Shown here one piece after another: positions 36,881-45,906 of a stretch of DNA of 64,000 nucleotides. Below the pieces are notes generated by a model. That model made no database searches and was not told the DNA's origin. It saw only the letters and a program-made list of their open reading frames with translations. Numbering within the stretch: position 1 is the first letter of the stretch; every line of letters begins with the position of its first letter. Both the position numbers and the translations under genes were made by a program. Source of the stretch: Candidatus Krumholzibacteriota bacterium (GTDB taxonomy: Bacteria; Krumholzibacteriota; Krumholzibacteriia; JAJRXK01); contig JAJDAC010000057.1 in the NCBI GenBank assembly GCA_029262065.1, positions 2,094-66,093 of the forward strand, in the 5' to 3' direction.

Positions 36881-37615
36881 ATGAAACGGCGGTCTGGATC
36901 TGTAGTAGGTCCCATTCTCATTGTCGTTGGTCTGCTCATGCTGCTCAGTCAGATGGGCGTTCCGGCGTTTTCGCATCTATGGCCGTTGTTCCTGCTCGCT
37001 CTGGGCGTGGGGCTGCTCATACGTTACACCCAGGATCGCGACGAATCGGGACCGCTGTTCGCGGGCGCTCTGCTGGTTCTGTTCGGACTGTTCTTCCAGC
37101 TCGATCAGTTGGTCACGCTTCACCTTGGCGACCACTGGCCCTTCTTCATCCTGGCGCCAGGGTTGGCACTGTTGGTCCTGGCTATCGTGGGATCGGGCAA
37201 ACGGGACACGCTGATTCCCGGATTCGTTCTGATTGCGGTGGCCGTGGTGTTCTACTTGTTCGAGTGGGGATTCTTCCACCGACTGTTCAAGACCGTGTTC
37301 GACCTGGTGAAGTTCCTGGTGCGTTTCCTTTTGCCCGTGGCCCTCATTGGTGGCGGCGTATGGATGGTGCTGGGACGCCGCCGCTCGTTGGGTGAACGAG
37401 GACGCGACTTCCCCGAAAAGTTCGAGCCGCCGTTTTCCCGCTCGCCGATCCCGGAAGATCGGCCTGGCGATATCGATCCGTCGCATCACATGGCTTCGAC
37501 CGACCCCATCGAGGAAGCCGAGACCGAGGACCTGCCGGCCGAAGCCATTGAGGAAGCCGAGATCGAGGACCTACCGCCCGACCCGGATGAAGCGGACGAA
37601 AAACCGCCTCGCTGA
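36881..37615 (+). CDS. LiaF/LiaI-like (DUF5668-type) membrane protein with acidic tail
   Basis: Start re-picked at ATG 36881; repeated G..LI..G.L.LL..........WP..L units; tail IEEAExEDLP x2. Confidence 0.75.
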   Translation: MKRRSGSVVGPILIVVGLLMLLSQMGVPAFSHLWPLFLLALGVGLLIRYTQDRDESGPLFAGALLVLFGLFFQLDQLVTLHLGDHWPFFILAPGLALLVLAIVGSGKRDTLIPGFVLIAVAVVFYLFEWGFFHRLFKTVFDLVKFLVRFLLPVALIGGGVWMVLGRRRSLGERGRDFPEKFEPPFSRSPIPEDRPGDIDPSHHMASTDPIEEAETEDLPAEAIEEAEIEDLPPDPDEADEKPPR

Positions 37616-37696
37616 CTCGGCCTCAAGTCGTCCACCGACCTGCCGATCTCCTATCAATAGATGTGACTTCTACCCTCCCCGGGAGCGCGGATCCCC

Positions 37697-39148
37697 GTGC
37701 ATTCCTCCGACGTGCAGGAACAGATTGCCGCCATGGGCGAGTTGCCCGTGTTGCCGCAGACCCTCCTGCGGGTGCAGAAGGTCGCCACCGACGATCGCTC
37801 GAGTGCCGACGATCTGGCCGAGGTCATTCTCAAGGACCAGGCTCTTACGCTGCGTTGCTTGAAGATGGTGAACAGTGCCTTCTACCAGCGGCCCGGTGGA
37901 GAAACCGTGCGGACCGTGCGACGGGCGGTGGTGGTGCTGGGGTTTGAGAGCGTACGCAAACTGGCACTCGCCCTGTCGGTGTTCGACATGATGAGCAAAC
38001 TGTCGCGCTCGCCCCATCTGGTGAACGTGGCCGAGCACTCGGCGGTGGTGGCGGCCTTTGCCCGGCAACTGGCCGAGCTGTGCCCTGGGGTGGCGCCCGA
38101 CGAAGCGTTCGTCGCGGCCCTGGTGCACGACATCGGCAAGGTCGTGCTCATGGAATGTTCTCCGCGCGACTACGATAAGGTGCTGGCCGACGTGGCCAAT
38201 GGTGTCGACACACTCGATGCCGAGCGTAAGCACTTCGGCATGTCGCATCCGCGGGCGGGTCGCAAACTGGCCGCGCGGTGGAAGCTTCCCAGCGAACTGC
38301 AGGCCCTCATTGGCGATCACCACGATGTCGACCCGGTTCGTCCGCCACGGCACGCCGAACCACTGGCCATCATCCTGGCCGCGGCTGATCTATTGACGCG
38401 GTTTACCGGCCGTCGTGAAAACGCGCAACGCGAGGCTGACCAGCTGCAGAAAATTGGTCGCGCACTGGGAGTGCCGGCGGCTCGCCTCGAGGAAGTGTAC
38501 GCGAACCTGGGCGACACCCTGAGTGCCCTGGCCGATGGTCTGGACCTGGAGCTGGGCGACCTGCGACGCTACGCCGCGGTGGTCAACGCCAAGGACAGCG
38601 CCAGCGTCGCTCCTCCATTGAGCGACGAAGAGATAAGCGCCCGCACCGAAGCACAGCTTCGGCTCTACCAGGGGTTGGGCCAGGGCATGGCCGAGGGCCG
38701 GGATCCGCAGAAGCTGCTGCAGTCGGTTGTGGACGGCGCGCACCGGGTACTGGGATTCGAGCGAGTGGTGCTCCTGGCTACCCGTCAGCAGCGGTTCGAG
38801 CCTTGGTTGGCCGCTGGACCGGGCGCCGCTGACCTCATGGTTTCACTGGGGCGGCCGGTTTCCCGCGAACTGGGTCCACTCGCCATGTGCGTTCTTCAAC
38901 GTCGTTCATTTCATGTTCCCATGGCGCAGAGCGATGCATACGGATCGCTCGAAGAGAACCTTCTGGTTCAACTGACGCAGACCAATGGCTACGCGGTGGC
39001 ACCGGTGGTTCGATCCAATTCCGTGGTGGGAGCCCTGTTTGCCGACATGGGTCCGCAGGGCCCCGATGTGGCGGCTGAACTCGCCAGCGAATTGAGTGGT
39101 CTGGCCGTGCAGGCCGGCCTCGTACTCTCCTCGACGGAACTTGCCTAG
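37697..39148 (+). CDS. HDOD-domain protein with C-terminal GAF-like domain
   Basis: ELPVLP, DQALTLRCLKMVNSAFY, LGFESVR, ALVHDIGK, FGMSH..AG..LA.RW.LP; GAF-like C-terminus (AVAPVV...VGALFAD). Confidence 0.88.
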   Translation: MHSSDVQEQIAAMGELPVLPQTLLRVQKVATDDRSSADDLAEVILKDQALTLRCLKMVNSAFYQRPGGETVRTVRRAVVVLGFESVRKLALALSVFDMMSKLSRSPHLVNVAEHSAVVAAFARQLAELCPGVAPDEAFVAALVHDIGKVVLMECSPRDYDKVLADVANGVDTLDAERKHFGMSHPRAGRKLAARWKLPSELQALIGDHHDVDPVRPPRHAEPLAIILAAADLLTRFTGRRENAQREADQLQKIGRALGVPAARLEEVYANLGDTLSALADGLDLELGDLRRYAAVVNAKDSASVAPPLSDEEISARTEAQLRLYQGLGQGMAEGRDPQKLLQSVVDGAHRVLGFERVVLLATRQQRFEPWLAAGPGAADLMVSLGRPVSRELGPLAMCVLQRRSFHVPMAQSDAYGSLEENLLVQLTQTNGYAVAPVVRSNSVVGALFADMGPQGPDVAAELASELSGLAVQAGLVLSSTELA

Positions 39149-39235
39149 ACCATCGGTGGTATGAACGACAGGGCCCGTGCTAGGCTCGCCGCTCGTAGAA
39201 ACACCCCTGCTACTCTTCCGTCCAGGAGCCGCGTC

Positions 39236-40054
39236 ATGTCGCGACCGCAATTCGCCGTATCCGCGGTGCTTAAATGGTCGTTGTTGCTCGTGCTGCTGGG
39301 CCAGGTTGGCTGCCTGCAGACCGATCTGAACATGCGCGTGTTCGCCGACGGTTCGGCTCGCATGAGCCTGGTGTTCGATCTGAACGCCAAGGCACTTCCA
39401 CCGTTCGTGAAGGATCCGCTGGCCGGTATCGATACGCCGGAAAACCTGCGCGCCTACAAGTTTCCTGGAATCTACGCGTGGGCCGAACCGGTTCGCACCA
39501 ACGAGGGCGGGCACGAGCGAGTGGAGTTGACGGCCTATATTCCCAACATCGATCGGTTCTGGTTCTACAAGATCGAGTCGGGGAAGGTTGTGCGAGCGTT
39601 GTCGTTTTCCTACGACCCCGAGAACACGCCGGGCCGCATTCGCCTGGATTCGAACCTTACACAAGAAATGCAGGAGCCACTGCCGCTGGAAGGCGTGCCC
39701 GGCACTGGCGGTCGCCTGTCGCCGGAAGCAATTGCGACGCTCATGCCCGTAGTGCGGCCTTTTCTGAAGAACATGAGTCTGCGCGCGACCGTTGTGGTCC
39801 CGGGCCCCGTGCAGCGGGCCTCGGGTTTCGACGACTGGCAGGAAAACGTCATCACGCTCAATATTGATCGCGAGCGATTCCTGCAGGCGGCCACCGTGCG
39901 GGCCGGCGTGTTGTGCGACGAGTTTTCGCTCGAAGGTGACGATCCGGCGATCGTGTGGGACGTTACCGAAGATTCGCCCGAAGAGTTGGCCGCGTTTCGC
40001 GAGGAAATGGGCCAGGCGCGCGAGTGGTGGGTGGCCAACCGGCCCAAGAACTAG
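39236..40054 (+). CDS. Putative lipoprotein (LppM/DUF3153-like)
   Basis: AGGAG RBS, ATG 39236; lipobox-like QVG-C followed by a D.N...DGS..M.L pattern and a VVPG.V..A.G motif. Confidence 0.6.
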   Translation: MSRPQFAVSAVLKWSLLLVLLGQVGCLQTDLNMRVFADGSARMSLVFDLNAKALPPFVKDPLAGIDTPENLRAYKFPGIYAWAEPVRTNEGGHERVELTAYIPNIDRFWFYKIESGKVVRALSFSYDPENTPGRIRLDSNLTQEMQEPLPLEGVPGTGGRLSPEAIATLMPVVRPFLKNMSLRATVVVPGPVQRASGFDDWQENVITLNIDRERFLQAATVRAGVLCDEFSLEGDDPAIVWDVTEDSPEELAAFREEMGQAREWWVANRPKN

Positions 40055-40060
40055 ATCTGG

Positions 40061-41539
40061 TCAGCGGCCGCGCGTTACCGGATCCAATCGAAGAGCTACC
40101 GCGTTCTTCAGTGCTTCCAGGTCTTCCCGGCTCAGCCATTCTCCATTGCGGATGACTCCCTCGATGTTGGCCAGAGCCTCTACCCGTTCACGCGGATCGG
40201 CCCCCAGTAAGACCAGATTGGCCTGGTAACCGGGTTGTACTTTTCCCACGGCATCTTCCAGTTCGAAGAATTCAGCCGCCGTGAGCGTCGCCGCACGCAA
40301 CACGGCCAGCGGTGTCAGTCCGGCCGCGGCCAGATGTTGGGTTTCTTCGTGGAACGCGAATCCCGCAAAGCACTGGGTGTCGTTGGCGTCGGTTCCCACC
40401 AGAATCTTGACGTGCGCGTCGTAGGCTTGGCCCACGAGGTTCTGGGCGTGTTCGAAAAAGCGCTGGCGCTGCATTTGCTGTCGGGTTCCCACCGATGCCG
40501 TGGCTCGAAGTTCCTGGTCCCATTGCGCGGCCATGCGGGCCGGCACGTATTGTCGGCGCCAATCGCGTGGCAGGTCGGGTTCGTGGGCTCGTGCGTCGAC
40601 GGCGCGCGTGGTAAGGGTGGGACATAAGTAGACGTCATGATCTCGCAACGCGCGGAACACGCTCGCGGCCAGCTCTGGCTCGAAGTCTTCCACGGCCAGG
40701 CTCACCGTGTTGCGGAAATGATCGGAGGGCCAGCGCGAGGTCTCGCCGGAAACGTAGCGGTCGTAAGCCGCGCGGAAATGCTTCCAGTGCGGTGTGCACG
40801 CCAGCGCGGGCAGTCGTGCGTGTTCCAGACTGCGTAGTCCGGCGCGGGCCGCCTCGGCGGGGTCGACCGACCAGGGAAGGTGACCGGCCAACGGCAGCTT
40901 GGTTTCCCGCGCACCCTTGGCCAGCCCCAGAAAGGCCGACCGGGATAGGCCGTCGTAGCACTTGATGAAGTCCACACCGCTGGCATGAAGACGAAGAGCC
41001 AGATCGTAGCCCTGATCGTAGGTGGAAGGCTGCCACCACACCGGCGCTTCATTGGGATTGCCGCCGGCCACGGGCGCACTTCCCAACGCCAGGATCCTGG
41101 GCCCAAGAACGGCGCCCGCGTCCAGGTTCCGCTGAAGATCTCGCAGGTGCTCGAGCGATATCGGCGTGCCCGTCGATGCCGCGCGCTTGGCGGCGGGTCG
41201 GTCGGGCCATTCACCCGAGCTCATGTTCCGCACGTACGTGACGCCATGGGCCAGCAGTAGTTCCAGAGTGCCGTCCACCAGCGCGCCATTGCGGTCCAGG
41301 TGCACGTGCATGTCGGTGTATCCGGGTACAAGAAAGCGGCCGGAGCCATCGATACGCGTGATGTGTGGCGGCAGTTCTGCCTGGTTCGCGTTGACGATCG
41401 ATACCACGCGGCCATCGGCAATGAGTACCGTCTGGTGCGGCGTGACGGCGTTTGCCTCGTCACCTGCGCGGTCGTGGTCGACGTGAACGACGGACACGTC
41501 GACCACCGCAAGTTGTAGCGCAAGAAGAAGGGGCCACAT
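40061..41539 (-). CDS. Secreted amidohydrolase family protein
   Basis: PGYTDMHVH, DFIK, GHL, LEH, GTDA, GKVQPGYQANLVLL. Confidence 0.9.
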   Translation of the reverse strand: MWPLLLALQLAVVDVSVVHVDHDRAGDEANAVTPHQTVLIADGRVVSIVNANQAELPPHITRIDGSGRFLVPGYTDMHVHLDRNGALVDGTLELLLAHGVTYVRNMSSGEWPDRPAAKRAASTGTPISLEHLRDLQRNLDAGAVLGPRILALGSAPVAGGNPNEAPVWWQPSTYDQGYDLALRLHASGVDFIKCYDGLSRSAFLGLAKGARETKLPLAGHLPWSVDPAEAARAGLRSLEHARLPALACTPHWKHFRAAYDRYVSGETSRWPSDHFRNTVSLAVEDFEPELAASVFRALRDHDVYLCPTLTTRAVDARAHEPDLPRDWRRQYVPARMAAQWDQELRATASVGTRQQMQRQRFFEHAQNLVGQAYDAHVKILVGTDANDTQCFAGFAFHEETQHLAAAGLTPLAVLRAATLTAAEFFELEDAVGKVQPGYQANLVLLGADPRERVEALANIEGVIRNGEWLSREDLEALKNAVALRLDPVTRGR

Positions 41540-41768
41540 GGCGATAGCGCCTGGGCGTGGTCGTCATCGTGGCGTCCCCGGTCTCACAATGGCGGCGTGA
41601 GCCTCAATGAGACATCAAGTTCCGTTCCCCAATGTAGGCTCGGTGCGGCGCGATAGGGCCCGGGAAGGAACCCTGGGACATCTCCAATGTAGCCTCGCCC
41701 GTTGTTTCCCCAGTAGAATCGCAACAGGATGCTCCCCTGGAGTTGCACCAATGAAACGAGGGAATACC

Positions 41769-42503
41769 GTGTCAGAGCCCAAGCCCCCGGCCAACTATGA
41801 CGATCTCGAAGCTGTTTTCGTCAACACCACGCTCAAGCCGGCCGCGAAAAGTTCGCATACCGATACGCTGTTGGATGTGTCGCGGTCCATCATGCGCAAA
41901 CATGGCGTGAAGGTGGAGTCGATTCGCGCCACTGCCCACGAGATAGCCCCAGGTGTGTATCCCGACATGACGGAGCACGGTTGGGACCGGGACGATTGGC
42001 CCGAACTTTGGAAGACCATCAAGGCGGCCGATATCCTGGTTCTGGGCACACCCATATGGTTGGGGGAGCGATCTTCCGTTTGTACTCGAGTCATTGAACG
42101 CCTCTACGCACAGTCGTCCGACCTGAATGATCGCGGCCAGTATGCATTCTACGGAAAGGTCGGTGGCTGCATCGTTACCGGCAACGAGGATGGCATCAAG
42201 CATGTCGCCATGGGCGTATTGTATAGCCTTCAGCATCTGGGCTACGTCATCCCACCGCAGGCCGACGCGGGGTGGATTGGCGAAGCCGGTCCAGGTCCGA
42301 GTTACGGCGATGAACAGGACGATGGCGAACGCGTAGGGTTCGCCAACGAGTTCACCCAGCGGAACACCACGTTCATGACCTGGAACCTGCTCCACCTTGC
42401 TCGCATGCTCAAGGACGCCGACGGGATTCCGGCCCATGGCAACCAGCGCTCGAAGTGGGAGGCAGGTTGCCGGTTCGACTACGAGAATCCCGACTATCGG
42501 TAG
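41769..42503 (+). CDS. Flavodoxin-fold NADPH-dependent FMN reductase-like protein
   Basis: NTTLK...SHT, DILVLGTPIWLG, VTGNEDG; start re-picked at GTG 41769 after GAGGGA. Confidence 0.88.
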   Translation: MSEPKPPANYDDLEAVFVNTTLKPAAKSSHTDTLLDVSRSIMRKHGVKVESIRATAHEIAPGVYPDMTEHGWDRDDWPELWKTIKAADILVLGTPIWLGERSSVCTRVIERLYAQSSDLNDRGQYAFYGKVGGCIVTGNEDGIKHVAMGVLYSLQHLGYVIPPQADAGWIGEAGPGPSYGDEQDDGERVGFANEFTQRNTTFMTWNLLHLARMLKDADGIPAHGNQRSKWEAGCRFDYENPDYR

Positions 42504-42692
42504 TGTAGCTCCAACGGCGCGACGACCAGGGCGGTGCCTACCGAAGTTGAACGGCGCCGCGACCGTGGCGAGTAACTCCCGCTTTACCGGTGTGTGATTT
42601 CTACAATATCCCCACGACTTCCGCTCGACACCTGGAGCCGGAACATCCTTGTAACTTTCATTTTCGTATTGAGCTACCTGCATTTTCGGGCG

Positions 42693-42710
42693 GCGGCACA
42701 GGCATTGCGA
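42693..42710 (+). promoter_or_regulatory. Sigma-54 (-24/-12) promoter upstream of mscS
   Basis: GC-GG-CACAGGCATT-GC-GA matches GGCAC-N5-TTGC. Confidence 0.7.
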
Positions 42711-42766
42711 TTCCACTGCGCATCGATGGATCGCCCACGACGATTCCCCTAACCAAGAGTGTAACG

Positions 42767-43675
42767 GTGAATTTTCAAACTCTGATCGAAACGTTTCAAA
42801 GTACCGCCAGCGAGTGGGCGAATGGTTTGCTGCAGCTTGCACCGAACCTACTCGCGGCCGGGCTCGTTCTGGTGATGTTCTGGTTACTGGCGCGTGTGGC
42901 CCGCTCGTTGGTACGTCGTGGTCTCACACACGTACTCAGTAACCAGCAGGCGCGCAGCCTGGTGTCCACCATCTCCTATCTGGCCGTCCTCGCGGGCGGG
43001 TTGATGGCGGCCTTGAACATCCTGAACCTCGAGAAGACGGTTACGTCGCTCCTGGCCGGTGTGGGTATCGTTGGTCTCGCGCTCGGTTTTGCCTTTCAGG
43101 ATCTGGCTGCAAACTTCATGTCGGGCATCTTCATGTCTTTCCGGCGAATCTTCTCGCACGGCGATGTCATCGAGGCCGCTGGGATCATGGGCAAGGTCGT
43201 CGAAGTAGACCTGCGCTCGACCTGGATCCGAACCTTCGAGGGTCAAATGATCTGCGTTCCCAATCGGAAACTCTTCGAGTCGCCTCTGATAAACTATACG
43301 AGGTCGGGGGAGCGACGCGTGGATATCACCGTGGGCGTGGGTTACGACTGTGATCTGGAGAAGGCCAAACAAGCCGCCATCGAGGCCATCAACGAGGTCG
43401 AGCCGAAAGACGAGGGCCGCGACGTTGATGTGTACTACAAGTCTTTCGGCGCGAGCTCGATCGACATGTCGGTGAGATTCTGGATTCGCTACCCTGAGCA
43501 GGACTTTCTCGAGGCTCAGAGCCGAGCGGTAACCGAGATCAAGCGCGCTTTCGACGAGAACGGTATCGACATTCCATTTCCCATTCGCACGCTCGACCTT
43601 CCGCGCACCGACGCGCAAGCGGGCTCGCATCTGAAGCTGGAAATGGTCCATGCGAACGGTGCCAACGAATCCTAG
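42767..43675 (+). CDS. mscS: Small-conductance mechanosensitive channel
   Basis: LLAGVGIVGLALGFAFQDLAANF.SG, GD.IE..G..G.V..VDLRST, VPN; start approximate (GTG 42767). Confidence 0.92.
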   Translation: MNFQTLIETFQSTASEWANGLLQLAPNLLAAGLVLVMFWLLARVARSLVRRGLTHVLSNQQARSLVSTISYLAVLAGGLMAALNILNLEKTVTSLLAGVGIVGLALGFAFQDLAANFMSGIFMSFRRIFSHGDVIEAAGIMGKVVEVDLRSTWIRTFEGQMICVPNRKLFESPLINYTRSGERRVDITVGVGYDCDLEKAKQAAIEAINEVEPKDEGRDVDVYYKSFGASSIDMSVRFWIRYPEQDFLEAQSRAVTEIKRAFDENGIDIPFPIRTLDLPRTDAQAGSHLKLEMVHANGANES

Positions 43676-43715
43676 GTATACTTTGGTATCAAACCTCTAC
43701 TCGGCCAGACCTATC

Positions 43716-45101
43716 TCAGGTTTCGGCCGAGTATCGGTTCAATCGGGTATACAGCGTCTTGACGCTGATTCCCAACTGCTTCGCGGCCTGCCGTTTGTTG
43801 CCGTTCGCCGTCTCGAGCGTGGCCAGGATGAGCTTCTTCTCCATCTCCGCGATCGTGGTTCCGACCGCGACCCGGATGGTGTTGCTGTCGGATGAACCAT
43901 CGGCGGTTGGGGTGGGCGAGGCCATCGAATTCATGGACGGCGTTGGCAAGGCGTTCTCGTGACCTGGAAGCGCGACCGTATCGATCTCGTCTTTGGCCAG
44001 AATGAAGCTGCGCTGCACCACGTTGATCAGCTGTCGCACGTTCCCCGGCCAATCGTAGTCTTCGAGCGTTCGCAGCGCCGGCGTCGTGAACCGCTTTTGG
44101 GATTGGCTTTCACGGTTCAGTTGGCTGAGAAAGTGCAAAGCCAGAAGCTCGACGTCGCCGTCGCGCTCGCGTAGGGGCGGCAACAAGATGGGGAACACGT
44201 TCAGGCGATAGAAAAGGTCTTCCCGCAGTTGATCCTCGGCCACTGCCTCGGCGGGTGCGCGATTGGTTGCGGATACGATCCGCGCACGGCTCTCGCGAAT
44301 CTCGTTGCCGCCCACGCGGGAAAACTCGCCGGTCTCCAGCACGCGCAGAAGTTTCGGCTGGAGTTCAATGGGCATTTCGGTGATTTCGTCGAGGAACAGG
44401 GTTCCTTCGCCTACCCTCTCGAAGACTCCTTCGCGAGAACTCGTCGCACCGGTGAACGCGCCCTTGTCGTGACCGAACAGCTCGGACTCGATGAGATTCT
44501 CAGGTACCGCGCCGCAGTTTACCGCCAGGAATGGACTCTCATTGCGGCGACTCAGCCGGTGGATCGCTTGGGCCACCACTTCTTTGCCGGTTCCCGTCTC
44601 GCCGACGATCATGACGGCGGCGGGGGTCGGCGCCACCCGCGAAATGAGTTCGTACACCGTGCGCATGCTGGGGGAACGGCCTACCAACGGACCAAAAGAT
44701 CCCAACTCGATCAGGTTGTTGCGAAGGCTGGTGATTTCCGACCGCAGGCCCGCTCGGCGCTTTGCCCCAGCGATCGCCGAACGCAAGCGATCGCCCTCCA
44801 CTGGTTTGGGAATGAAGTCGGCTGCGCCCCTTTGCATGGCGTCGACGGCGTGATCCACCGAGCGGGAGCTGGCCACCATGATGGTCTCCATCTCGGACAC
44901 CTGGTCCAGCAACGAGCGCCCGTCGCCGTCGGGCAAGTGGGTATCCGCGATGAGGAGTTCGTAGGTTTCATTCGAGAGGCGTGCACGAGCTTGCGCAAGC
45001 GTCGTGACCAGCACAACGTCGAAGCCCCCCTCTTCCACGGCGGCGCGGAGTATCGGCTGGGTTGTGGCATCGTCGTCGACGATCAGGGCTCGGTGGGCCA
45101 T
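43716..45101 (-). CDS. Sigma-54-dependent response regulator (REC-AAA+-HTH, NtrC/AtoC family)
   Basis: LIVDDD and ADTHLPD receiver; GETGTGKE, GAFTGA, LFLDEI, WPGNVRQL; Fis-type HTH GNKRQAAKQLGIS. Confidence 0.95.
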   Translation of the reverse strand: MAHRALIVDDDATTQPILRAAVEEGGFDVVLVTTLAQARARLSNETYELLIADTHLPDGDGRSLLDQVSEMETIMVASSRSVDHAVDAMQRGAADFIPKPVEGDRLRSAIAGAKRRAGLRSEITSLRNNLIELGSFGPLVGRSPSMRTVYELISRVAPTPAAVMIVGETGTGKEVVAQAIHRLSRRNESPFLAVNCGAVPENLIESELFGHDKGAFTGATSSREGVFERVGEGTLFLDEITEMPIELQPKLLRVLETGEFSRVGGNEIRESRARIVSATNRAPAEAVAEDQLREDLFYRLNVFPILLPPLRERDGDVELLALHFLSQLNRESQSQKRFTTPALRTLEDYDWPGNVRQLINVVQRSFILAKDEIDTVALPGHENALPTPSMNSMASPTPTADGSSDSNTIRVAVGTTIAEMEKKLILATLETANGNKRQAAKQLGISVKTLYTRLNRYSAET

Positions 45102-45221
45102 CGGGACCTCATCTGGGGAAATCGCAGAGTGGAAATTGTAGTTTATCCACGGTGCCTGGGGAGAAACGAAACGCTATGACCGGTTGGCTCGCCACCATTC
45201 GCCATTTGGAGGCACCAGAGT

Positions 45222-45239
45222 CCGGAATGCCTCTTGCGA
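45222..45239 (+). promoter_or_regulatory. Possible sigma-54 promoter upstream of the BON gene
   Basis: CC-GG-AATGCCTCTT-GC-GA has the exact GG-N10-GC spacing with TTGC. Confidence 0.55.
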
Positions 45240-45296
45240 TACTTCCCGGGTAGATACGCGGGCCCCAACGGGGTCCAAGAATGAGAAGGAGAAGAT

Positions 45297-45764
45297 ATGA
45301 ATGATCGCACGATCAACAACAAGATCCAGGAATCACTGCTTGCCGACGAACGTCTTTCGGGCTCGAAGATCCAGACCTCGGTGCGCAACGGCGTGGCCAA
45401 GCTTGAAGGTAGGGTCCAGTCCTACGGACGCGCGCTTGCGGCCCAGGAGATCGCGACCCGAGCACCGGGCTGCAAGGGCGTGTATTGCCTGATAGAGGTA
45501 GAACCAGTGGGGTTTCTCCCCGACCGAGAGGTCGCAGCCTTGGTCAAGGACACCCTTGAGGAGCATCAGGATCTGAAGCCGGCGCCGGTAGATGTGCGTG
45601 TGCGGCGGGGATACGTAACGCTGGTCGGGGCCGTCGGGTCCGATCGCCAGCGGCAACTGGCCTCCGATATTGCGATGGGCGTTCCGGGGGTACATCACGT
45701 CAAGAACCTGCTGGGGATTCAAGCGTCAGCTACTACGAACATTCTGCGAGGCGTTCCACTCTAG
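45297..45764 (+). CDS. Dual BON-domain protein (OsmY-like), no signal peptide
   Basis: Two BON units (NGVAKLEGRV...A...PG..GV; RGYVTLVGAV...GVPGV..V.N.L); AAGGAG RBS. Confidence 0.88.
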   Translation: MNDRTINNKIQESLLADERLSGSKIQTSVRNGVAKLEGRVQSYGRALAAQEIATRAPGCKGVYCLIEVEPVGFLPDREVAALVKDTLEEHQDLKPAPVDVRVRRGYVTLVGAVGSDRQRQLASDIAMGVPGVHHVKNLLGIQASATTNILRGVPL

Positions 45765-45906
45765 TTTGGAAAGCGCTGCGGTCGCATGGGACTATTGAAG
45801 CCGTAGGTACCGTGGCGTCGCGCCTGGGATTCCATGGTAGAATCGTGGTCTTGAGGTTGGTGCAAGCCGCCGAAATAGCGCGATAGTTACCCACGATGCC
45901 GCAAAG

